A stretch of 64,000 nt of DNA, from the NCBI GenBank assembly GCA_040954595.2, contig CM082585.2, positions 9,226,564-9,290,563 of the forward strand, given 5' to 3'. Numbering within the stretch: position 1 is the stretch's first letter; each line of letters starts with the position of its first letter. The notes under the pieces are model-generated. The model was not told the DNA's origin, searched no databases, and was given only the letters and a program-made list of their open reading frames with translations. The position numbers and the translations under genes were made by a program. This document shows positions 26,701 to 38,373 of this stretch, in pieces. This stretch comes from Balanoglossus misakiensis (taxonomy: Eukaryota > Animalia > Hemichordata).

Positions 26701-29700
26701 AATATGTTTTTTCATCACACGCTCTATCATCCGTGTTGTTATATTATTAACTTAACGACTGTCACATTTTTCGTTGTCAGAAATCGTGACTTAGGTTTGG
26801 TATGACGTCAGTTCCATTTATGAAGAAACAGTTCATCATGCACTTCACGCATGCGTGGACACATCATTTGCACAAGTCATGTTGTCGCCTATCGATTCTT
26901 TTTAAAAAACAAAGACTTGATTACTTTTACATTTGATAAAACGATTACCCGATAATGTTTTCCGCGATCATGCTCACTCGAGCGTGGTGGCTTTGCTCCT
27001 CGATCGCCAGAGGGCCGCCATTTTATTGTCGGTGTAGGTTATAACTTCCAACACGCAAATATGACTGATTTTAATGCAGAAAGTAGTGTGCCGCCATGAC
27101 ACTATTATGTTTCTTGGCGACAATACGATGTGCAATTCCACTTTTCTTGGAAGAACACGGAAAGGACAACCGAAATAACTCCATCTCGAACAAGACACAT
27201 ACATTTTATCAAAAGACCGCAGAAAACTTATAACCTGCTGCGTTCAAGTTGAAGATTTTTAAAGCCACAAATACGTTTCCTTGTATCCCAACAGACCAAT
27301 TGCAACCCAGAAGAAATGAACGAAGAACAACTGAAAGGTGAGAGCTTTGTTTTCCACTAACTGGAAATAGACAGAACACATTCAATAGACCATTTTCCGG
27401 GGTGGGGGGGGGGGGGGCTCGATCAGGTGATGAGGATGACTCCATGGTAACGCGAGCCCGGAACAAATTACAGGAATTTTGCACTGGGGAGATTAAAGAC
27501 GGCTGCCGGAATGAAACACCACCCGCGACGGTTCAGGGAACCTGCGCTCGGAAAAGATCGCATTTTAATTATTGATGCTGTGTGCACGAAAATATCCGCA
27601 CACGACATGGAAAAGGGCTCAGGCCATACAAATGTTTTATGTTGTTTCGCGCCCTCGTAAAACGACAATTTTGCGGGGATTCTGCAACTGTGACATGAAG
27701 AACGACATTTTGAAGCATTCAACGGACAAACAAGCCCATTATGTCAACAACATGGATGTGAGCACGTTTTGGGAATCTCGGATATTAAACTTTTAATATG
27801 TGTGTTTAATTATTTACTTTTGGATAATCAACATTCACAATTTTCATCACCGATTATAGCCAAGTAAAATATTTCCTTGGCTTATAAAGCGAGATATACT
27901 CTCCAGCCCCGCGACACAACTCCATCTATCCACGTGTGACATCAAAATGCAGTGACCGAATTTGATACGAAGGGGCAGACGAGGGCGCACATTTCCGTCT
28001 CAATTATTGGCGAATCAACAAATTGACCCCGTGGAATAAATCTTCGCGCAATTCACATATCATTCTGGAGTGGAAGTACCCTGGACATGTTCTTGATGGC
28101 AATCCCCTTTACAGGATATCGAACTCTCACACTTTCCGCCAAGCATTCGCAAAACAAATCAAATCAAACTGCCCTGCGCATGTTCAGTACAGTAAGCGAC
28201 AGTTTCGATGGCGCCATTAGTATCAATCGATTCAAGGGGATTTCGGAATCAAACATTTCTAATTGACGAACCTTTAATCTTACGATGGTAAAACTTTATC
28301 GTATTATTTATTGCGTTACCGGATGAGATTTCTCGAACTGTATTTCAGAAAAAAGCGACGTACGGTTATCTAATCGATAATTGTGTATTTTCTAGGCTCC
28401 CCTCTGTGTATTTTCTATTTTACTCCCTTCTTTTCGTTACTTTCTCGTCTTTTTCACCTGATCATTCCTTGCCATTCCACGGTTCTGAATAAGGTCTGAA
28501 TATTCCATTCTTACTTAACCGCCAGAATTCAAAGAGGCGTTCGCGCTCTTTGACAAAGATGGCGACGGCACAATCACGACCAAGGAGCTAGGGACGGTCA
28601 TGAGGTCACTGGGTCAAAATCCGACAGAAGCCGAACTCCAGGACATGATAAACGAAGTTGATGCCGATGGTGAGTTTCTATGTATTGTTAATAAAAGCTT
28701 GCGAGGCTCTCGTGGGAAATCATGGAGATTAGTATAGTACTCTCATTCTATATCAGTGCTGCAGGGAATCTTTCCCGCCAACTTTCGCTGATATTCGTGA
28801 AACCAGCAGGTATTTCACTGCTCAACAATATTCAATCAATAATTAAGATATGGTTAATTATTTTTAGAGGTGGGAATAAAGGAACGCGTTCGTGACGAAA
28901 TATTTGTCTAGACATTTTGAAGTGGGTCGTGCAAAGTTGCGGTGATATCAGATGCTCATATACTATGCCAAACACCTCGGGCGGCTATTCACAAGATTTA
29001 AAACGACTGCAAACTCGAACTACAACAGGAAATTGCTATCAGCCTCAACGATACACTGAACTTCATACAACATAAGAGGGATTTCAGTCCCTACTACCCT
29101 GTAAACGACACGTAAAAGGAGTCATATGGATAAGTACTTTGACCAAAATCGATCTCTAACGATTATAAAAGCTTTGTGAGTCGACACACACGTTTCAAGT
29201 TCAATGTGACCCCCTGGAGCTAAAAGAGCCATTAAGACCGTAAACGCTCTACTTAAACAATATCAACTCTCGCTGTTTGTAGGCACGTGCACGCTGCATA
29301 ATGCGTCAAACCAATTATGATATATTTATTTTACGAAATTATCACTTAGAGTGACGTAGAACTCAAGATTGCACATATTATACTTAAAATGGCCTCGATT
29401 CATTCTGCCCCCCCCCCCTCCCCGTTTTTCAGGAAATGGCACCATCGACTTTCAAGAATTCGTCGTCATGATGGCGAAGAAAATGAAAGAAACGGACCAG
29501 GAAGAGGAACTCCGCGAAGCCTTCAGAGTTTTCGACAAGGACGGCGACGGTTTCATTAGCGCCGAGGAACTGCGGCATGTCATGAAGAATTTAGGCGAAC
29601 AGTTAACCGATGACGAAATTGAAGAAATGATCCGAGAAGCTGACTCGGATGGCGACGGTCAAGTTAATTATGAAGGTAAGGGCGCCATTTATCGAGCATG

Positions 29701-29843
29701 TTCGTCGATGCTTTCGTTTTTATGTTGAAATACGGTATGCATGTACATGTACATGTATGTATGTCACCCTTCCACTGCTGACACTAAACTGTATAATTTA
29801 CTGTTCTTTTTCAGAATTCGTCACAATGATGTCGTCGAAGTAA
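23754..29843 (+). CDS. Calmodulin-like protein 2 (closest to canonical calmodulin, 153 aa, four canonical EF-hand loops)
   Basis: join(23754..23756,27295..27337,28526..28669,29433..29675,29815..29843). Classic calmodulin ATG|gtaagt first exon. Translation [153 protein letters not shown]. Confidence 0.95.
26506..26520. promoter_or_regulatory. RFX X-box-like motif GTTACCATGGTAAAC
   Basis: X-box variant in intron 1 of calmodulin-like 2, ~50 nt from a palindromic CRE at 26568. Confidence 0.45.
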
Positions 29844-31063
29844 GGTTGAAGTCAATTCGTAACATCTGCGTTCTCAAGCCCAATCCCCGCATGGTCTTGC
29901 CTGAACATTTTAATATTAATGCAAAATACTTCGGCAATTTTTTATAATTATTTATTCGAGTTTTAACCGAAAGTGCACTAAGAATTTTATGATCTCTCAT
30001 GTGAATTTAAAATAATGATTTTTCATTAAAAAATATGCATATTTTTAAAAGGTTTGTCAATTACATAGATCAGTAGGATTTTAATATTTCCAACTTAAGG
30101 CAAGAATTTTTTGTGTAAATTTCGCCCATCGGATGTGCGACACTGCGTATGATTAGTTTTGCGACGCATAGTCTTTCTGTCAATATGAGACAAATTGTTT
30201 ACAAAACGCGTGGAGGTCATTGCAGTGTTCAACAAATTCCATAATGCATCGGTCTTGTCCGCCATTTTCACATTTAATTGCAATTAATATTGTAAATGTG
30301 CCGAAACGCGCATGTCAGTGCCAAAGACTACACCCGCATCAATCATTTCTATGGTCAGTACAATTAGCTTAAAAGAATTTCAATTACTACTCCAATTAAG
30401 ATTACATGTATTTGAAAATGGTATGCATTCCATTCCAACGATTAGAATTTGACGTGACCAAATCAACGTCGCTATTTAGACTATATATATATTTCCCAAG
30501 GGCAAGAGTTTGACATTTTTCAACTTAACTACGCTGTCTACAACATATTATTTTTTACAATGCTGTCGTTTGATATGATAATGCTATTATACGATGTACG
30601 TCTACAGTGGTATGGTACAATTTTTCTTTAATGATAATAGTGTGTACATTTAATGACTTTATATAACTTCATTCCAGCCTTATTCAACGCAACTCGGCAT
30701 CGTTTCTATCATTAAACCATCAATTTGCCTGTTTCTGTGCGTATTGGTCGCAGTTGAGCCAAGTGGTTTCTTACAATCTCTCACGGTTTTCATGACCACA
30801 TTTTTGCGGTACATCATTTTGAAAATTCAGGATTTTTTGAGGTTGTCATTTGAAGTTTAGTTTCAACTTTCTTTTTGTATGTATATTTAAATATCGTTTT
30901 GTTCTCAGCTAATAAATCTTAGTGATATAAGATTCTGTTTTATCAATTTATGCAGTATATAGATAGTTAACAATAATTGATTATGGCAGATGCCTAGTCA
31001 CGTGTATTAATAATATAAATACAGTAAACAGAAGCTCAACATGTAGTTTGGGTGTCTGTGTTT

Positions 31064-31108
31064 CTGTCTGTCTGTCTGTCTGTCTTGTCTGTCTGTCTGT
31101 CTGTCTGT
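31064..31108. repeat. (TCTG)n microsatellite
   Basis: Directly visible tetranucleotide run. Confidence 0.92.
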
Positions 31109-31826
31109 ATGTCCGCTACCTTCTGGTCACTATCCAGTGCGCTGATAACGCGAGATCACGGACACCATATTTCGCTCATGCATATTTCATGAACAACTCT
31201 GCATTATGTGGGTAGTACAGATGCGTATTTACTTTTTTTGCGTGTTTTCTCGTTCGATTTGTTGTCGCTTTGTTCGGCATCTCAAAATATTCACACAGAT
31301 CGGTCCCCTGGTCGACGGAAAGATTGGACTCGCCCGCACTATCATTGTAGCCGTGTACGGGTGATTATTGTCAATGACGCACACTTAAAAGCGTCGCCTT
31401 CAGATGACCCCGCGCGCCGTGTGTGGTTTTTAAATTCACTATTATATTTATAATAAAACAAAGACAATGGGATGCGTTGTGTGAAACTAGAACGACAGTA
31501 CACGGAACGTCCGATGGGCGTTGATCCAACAGTTGTGAGTCAAAACGGGCGAGCAAACAAGCCATAGCAAATATTGCACTTGGGGAAATTTGGGAACCGT
31601 CTCACATACGTGCCGGTCGCTTTGGTATCATTAAAACTTCACGGCCCGAGCTGTTGTGTTATTATGCAAATAGGATCGCCAGAGAATCTATTCTCGTACC
31701 CTTCGGTATTGTTTGCTGGTAGTCGGCCAGCCCCGCTTTGCGCAATTTCGTGTCGGTCGCGGGAGTCTGGCAGAAGCTGTACCAACCTGGCGTCGGTTTC
31801 CATGAAGTTCTCCAGTCTCTGACGTC

Positions 31827-34277
31827 ATGGACTTTCGCTTTTTTGACCGAGAGTCATCCACTCACTCGGAAGATGATCGAAGGGTAAGGATCTCTTCATT
31901 TTTTGCCGAAAGTTTTGTCACCAAGTGTTTTAGGCCACCATGGGTACGCCGCGGATCTTTTCATGAGCAGATTTACACAATGACCCAACCTTGTTTGATC
32001 TGCTGTGTTGTGCCTGACCGAAGAACGACAACATGTATGCGAGCGCACTACAAAAATTGGCGCGCTCAAATTTTACAATTTTTATCAGCACCTCGCGCAA
32101 TTCCTAGCGCAGTGTGACCTTAACAAGACATTAGTACAGGAATCAGGAATTATAACATTCCCTGTCGTTTCCATCTTAACTGTACCCATATATCTGATCT
32201 CGCGATAATTGCAGTGAATTTTTGTGTGTGTAAATAACAGCCGTGGAAGTCGTTATACAAACACCAGAACTAAAAGTAAACAGTGGGGAAAGAAAACCGC
32301 AGGGTGATATTCGATGATAACAACGACCCTTGCAGGACACTTAATTTGTTGTTCATTTAATTCTGAACATAAAGGCGTGACCTCTGACCACCTAGCAATT
32401 GTTGTCATCTCGCGAAATGACAGTGGCAATTATAAGTGCCGACACCTCGTCATCGTCATCATCATCACTCAGGGGTGGCGAAGGTGATGACATGAGAGAG
32501 AGAAAAACATGACAGAACACTCACGTACGTGTTTATCCTTGCAGGCCAGAAACCTGCAGATGACGGCCGACCAAATCCAAGGTGAGTGAGTACACGGGGG
32601 CACTGCAGTGCCTGTCTTTTGTGCTGGCCATGAACACTAGCATGCTAGCTGGCATCCACAAAAGGTGTTTTACGTCTGCGTTTTTTAGTGACTGCACACG
32701 AACAATGCCAAATACAACAGTAGCATACTGAGTGGGAGTTAAGGACCCAACTTCTACGCCCAGGGTCAATCGCACATCCTTGGACTTTTCGATACTTATA
32801 CTCTTCGGGCCTTTACACATTGAAATGCCAACATATCTTTAAACATTTTGCATTTTCTAAGTAATTCCATCGGTGATATACCCCATTTTATTTATGAATT
32901 GTCCACACGGCCAACCACTTGAACGTTTAGCATTTTGTCTGCAGAATGAAGATAAAAAAGGCGCGTAACCTACAAAAAGTAACCTACAAGTTCGCGCCAT
33001 TTTCGGTCGTTCGCTCGCCATTCAGGGAGACAGTACAATTCTAAAATATCAACAGGTGTCATTTACCAGACATTTTTAGTCGTTGACGTCATCACTGTCG
33101 TCGTGTTCATCATCGGTTCCACAAGAGCGTGACCCATCTAATCAGAAATTCTTCACCGTCTATTAAAATATTTATAACGTTACGATTGAAAGTAATTTAC
33201 GGTTACGCCTCAGCTTAGCAGGGGCTCAAAAAATGGATAAGTCGTTTTTTTCACAGAGGTGCTCCGTTGTAGTGTATATACCGCAATAATATACTTGGTA
33301 TTCTGGTATTCTGTTTGCCAATGCCAGTGCCAATGTATTTGATAATGGCGAAATGCGAATTCTTCCTGACAAAGTGTTAATTTTACCTTCACAGAATACA
33401 GAGATGCTTTCGAACAGTGTGATGAAGACATGGATGGATACATCTCCGTGAAAGACGTGGGCACTTTACTCAAATCGCTGGGCCAAAATCCCTCCGAGGG
33501 CGACCTTCAGCAAATAAAAAACGAGGTCGAGGTTGACAGTATGTATTTTTTTGAAGCAACTCAACGCGATTTAGTCTGAACAATTATTTTTGACAATATG
33601 TTATTATTCAGTGCAGTGTTCTCCACAGGTTGGAAAATTAAAGTGGCGCCTAATTTGCATATAATGAGTGTAATCGTTTCCAGGTGTAAGCAATGAGTGA
33701 CTTCAATTTTCTTTGTAGAAAATGGCCGGTTGAACTTCGACGATTTTCTCCAAATACTGACGGACATCCTGAGCCACGAAGATGGCGAGGAGGCTATCCG
33801 CGAAGCGTTCCGCGTGTTTGACATCGAGGGTAGAGGGTACATGCGCACGGATGAAATCAAACACGTGTTGGTTTTGATGGAGGCCTTCCCAGAACAGGAA
33901 GTTTCCGAGATGACACGTGATTTGGACATCAACGGTGACGGGCGAATCTATTACGACGGTAAGAATTTTCACCGCTGGAGCTAAATTCTGATAATTTTAA
34001 TCTAATGTATAGGGTTATTCTCAACAAGATCTCTGTCTTACCTTTGACAGTGAGTCATTTAGTTTTCCTCGTAAAGTATCCTTTGAGGATCCGTAGTCGA
34101 CTCAGCTGGTAGGAAGATATACGAACTGTCACTTATGCGTGCCTCCTTCGATTTCTTGCTCTATAATCGGCCATTGATATTTTGCTATTGCATTCAGATT
34201 TCAGGGCCTTCAGTCTCTCCACGTCCGAGCCTGTGCCAGGATCTGGGTCCGGGGAAGCTGCCGCGTTTCTTGAATGA
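31827..34277 (+). CDS. Calmodulin-like protein 3 (highly divergent, ~185 aa, Asp at loop position 12 in EF1/2/4, N- and C-terminal extensions)
   Basis: join(31827..31883,32545..32581,33395..33538,33719..33958,34198..34277). Exons of 144 and 240 nt with consistent phases. Translation MDFRFFDRESSTHSEDDRR-ARNLQMTADQIQEYRDAFEQCDEDMDGYISVKDVGTLLKSLGQNPSEGDL...DINGDGRIYYDDFRAFSLSTSEPVPGSGSGEAAAFLE*. Confidence 0.9.
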
Positions 34278-37200
34278 AGAGTACCACCACCGTGCACCGA
34301 AGAGAGTGGACACCTGATTCGTGACCTTTGAACTTTCTCTGCACTCTCGTCGTTGCAGATATTTCACGAGACGAGATCTGACGGACCACCCGCACAAGCA
34401 ATGGACACTATACGTCGTGTGCCAAACCTTGTTGAATTCATATCATATGTAGTGGCAGTTCACGACGAGAATGATAATCTTTCAATTTTAGTATATTTAT
34501 TACATTCTACATTCTGAATTTTCCCATTTTTTCTAAGAGAGAAAAATATCTTTTTAAATTATAAAACGTTTAATACCCATTATGATGCATACATAATTTT
34601 TGATGATAATGCATTTTTTATTTTGAAACCAACAACTTGAAGCTTCTTTATTACAACGTCTTTCATAACTTTGACCTACGTACACACAACTCAACTTTGT
34701 TTTTATTCTAATCTATGCAATTTATAAATTAGATATAACTTAATAAAAGAAAAAAATGTCATGTTTCTGTGGATTTTCTCAGAAGGCCGTGGTGTAGGCT
34801 TCTACGGTAGAAACACATATTCATGAAAAATTTTTGCCTGTTAACAAACCGCATCAATAATTGTCTGCCAATATGTCAAATGACAACATTTGATGGCTAA
34901 AATTGCTTTCAGACCAATGGATTACCCAGACATGCCTGCTTCGATTTCATTCAAATTTAGTACATGTACAAGGGCAATGTAATAATTATGCACATCAATA
35001 TCAATATGGCTGCCATGCGGCCATTTTGTTTTACTATTTTTAAAAACGTTTGGTGCCATTACAAGCAGGTACATGAATATATTTCATTCACGATATGATC
35101 CAACATACACGTGCATATCATACAGGCTTTGGGCTTTAAAACATGTTTTTACTCATTTCATTCTATGCTGATGTTTTTCAATGTCATAATCGATTGACTC
35201 AGCGGGGACTATGTTATTGACAATGAGTTTCTTATAAGGATGGGGAAATAGAAAAAAAATGTCTGCACATCGTATTTAAGTTAAGTGTCCTTGCAATCGC
35301 TCACTGTGTGGTTTTGTAAGCTCTATTATACTGCGTCTTGAATTCGGGCACTCCCTGAGTATAAGGGTACGATGAAGGGGCAGCACAGAGAGTCTAGTTA
35401 TCTACCATTGCGCACCCGGTTAAAGTTCACCCCGCTGTGGAGGTTATCGTGCATGCCGGAACTAGAACTGTCGGTTGGAGCTGTACCGTCCCGTACCCTG
35501 TCCATGTCAGAAGCGCACAATACTGCAGCCGTTTAGCATTTTCTTATTTCCTTGCCCGATTTCAGACCATAAATATGGTAAGTTATTCTCCATACCCGGG
35601 AAAGCCATGCGGTGTTTCAAGCAGTGTTGTAAATTTACGGTTAAAATGTCCAAAAATATCTGATCAAGTTATCTATTTATAGTTCATTAAGGAGAGCCAG
35701 CCAGCCGAGTGCTGCAGGCGTCCACAACACCATTTCTGTCACACCCGACCGACTTGTAAAATGATTCATAGCCCTATTTCTCTGGAACATACGGTAGTAA
35801 CAATATTGACGCTCGGTTCTGATCATTTCACTTCAATCGACGCGACAAAATCCGGCGTGAGTTCGGAAGTTGGTTGTTAATAATTCATGAGAGGGAGACG
35901 CTCGTGGTGACCGGGACTCCATGGACTGAATTCGGCGCAACGGGCCCGCGATATCCGTTCGGGTGCGCTCGATTTGTCTCCGATCTTTCCCGATTTGAAT
36001 TACACGTGTAGTTGGTACTCGTTTTTTGTATCTAGCGTTCTGGTGCCTTGCCCTTTTGATCACACGCGTAGTTCAACAGTAACCGTTACGATTACCAACA
36101 ATCTAGATCTTTCGGTTCTTTTTGCAAGTCAGGTTCTTAAGTAGATAAAGCGGGTCCAGTTAAATTATTAGCAGCCTGATAATATTTCTTCATGCACCGA
36201 ATGTCTGGCAAGGTGCTGACTTAATCGGATTAAATGTATCATCCGCCATCCCTATCAGTACGTAACCTTAAAGTACATTGTCTCAACGAGTAATTCCTTG
36301 AAATGCCTGGCGTGACCATTAGTCATGAAAACATCAACTGGGCTGTCGTTCAAGTTCGAAAAAAGGGCAGAATTCTAAATTGCCGTTTGTTAAAATCCAA
36401 CCATGGTTTATCATTTACCAATGCACCTGATAATTATTGACGTCGACAATATGCACAGTACCTGTCATAATACAATAAGTCACCGCTGTGGGTTGCTAAG
36501 TCAGTGTACTATTTGCGCTCTTGGAGATCAGATATTTTGCAAATTTAAAATTAAAGTTTAAACAGAGTTTGTATGTTTGTAAATTTAGAGTACTGAGTAC
36601 GGGCCATTCACTGGGGATTTCGCGCCTATTTGTGCCAGTCTCTCTGTCCGTCTGCCCGCCAGATGTACGAGGCACGGACTCAGAGATTTGCAAGTTGGTC
36701 CGAATTCAAAGTACTATGAGTTAGGAAGAGACGTCGCGCAGAGTACAAAGACACAATTTCTATCGGTCGTTGAAAAAAAAAACCACATTATCCTCAGCGC
36801 GTATCGGGTGATTGTGTTATACACGGAGAAGACACAATGCTTCAGTTTTTCACCGTCGAGTTAGCGCCATTGATTGGGTTGGGTGTGGTCCAAAAGGTAG
36901 GCCAGACGACAAACGCAAAGGCTAAACGCACACATTTTGCATCAATGGGTCGGTGTCGTTCATGAAAGAAGATGGCGGGTGATGACTGAGACGGTTTCGC
37001 CTAATATTAACACAGGAAATTCGACCTTCTCATGAATCGACAGCTTGAGATTAATGTGTCTGGTGGGCGTTTAGTAAAAAATTAAAGGGAATTCGGCTAC
37101 AAGATACGAACATTGCGTCAGTTATTGTACACACAATATGGCGGAGATCAGAGGTCATGATGAACTGTTTCTTGTGTGAGCTAGGTCACCTTACGGAAGT

Positions 37201-38373
37201 GCCACAACCAACCAACAAACAATCAATTAATCAATCAATCAAACTATTGATTAACAATGTGAAGAAATCAGTGACAGACACAGGCACAAACACATATACA
37301 CAGACCACCACACGACAACCCAGAGCATGGACTCAACGCTTTTCACGTGGGCCAATCTGATATCTCAAAATCAACGCTGGTGACGTTTGATAGACATACC
37401 CTAATCCTGATACAGTGATTTTCTAGGGGGAGGGGTTCAGAACGAAAGTGACTACCATAAAATGAAATAAATCATATCGTTCTGAAGTATTATAGTCCTT
37501 GATCGACATGATGGGGCCATAAATAAAGTTACTCGGACGAAAATAACCGATACCTACATCAATAAGGCTGCGTAGCTGCATTTCATAAAACAAGTCTATT
37601 TAGCCTAGATCGTTCGTTGGGATAAAAAAATTATCGTGAATTTCTGTCAACTACTGGGATTCTACGAAGGCTTGGACTTTGTACCTGACTTATCTGGCAC
37701 GAATTATTTTATCAATAAAGCATGTCGTCATTGTTGCATTTTGATGACGTAAACAGCAATGAATCACAAACTCGTGCGTTGACAAAACGTCTACACACTG
37801 ACACGTTAAGCTTCGAGTGCCAAAATTTGGAGTTGTTGTAGCCTGGTAAACACTGATAACCTGTCATTGTCCGGTGTGGAATGTATGCATAAATCATGCC
37901 TGTCACGTTGTTGTTATTGTCGAAAAAATAAGATGTTGGTCTAAGGCGCCCCCATACACGATACACGTGATCCAGTCTCCAAATGTGTGGTGTTGGAGGG
38001 GGGGGGGGGGGTCAGTTGACAATTTTAGCACTCAATATAGAAATGGTTTTAGCATACCATAGCATAGGCGTTACTTATTATAGCTTAGCGAATCAATTAA
38101 CTTCGAATTTGGTTACTGGCTCGACAGGATATACGCACTTGATACGCATTTTCGAGACACCCTCATACGGCATTTTGAGACGACCCCTAGCGGACTGCAT
38201 TATCTATTAATAAAGTGGTTTACACAGCGCTGTGGTTTAGTTTAGTCCGTCCCAGATCCCAGGCACTCACATTTCCCCGACTCCTAACAGACTTGATAAC
38301 AAAAAGTTATCGCTGGACTTCGTGTACTATTTTTCACAGAAGGAAACTACTAGAAGGTTTGACAGTTAGTTCG

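Noticed and set aside
34820-35120. Sequence resembling a dispersed repeat (CAATATGGCTGCC...GGCCATTTTG), similar in style to 61850-62000
   Set aside because: No boundaries or family could be supported without a repeat library.
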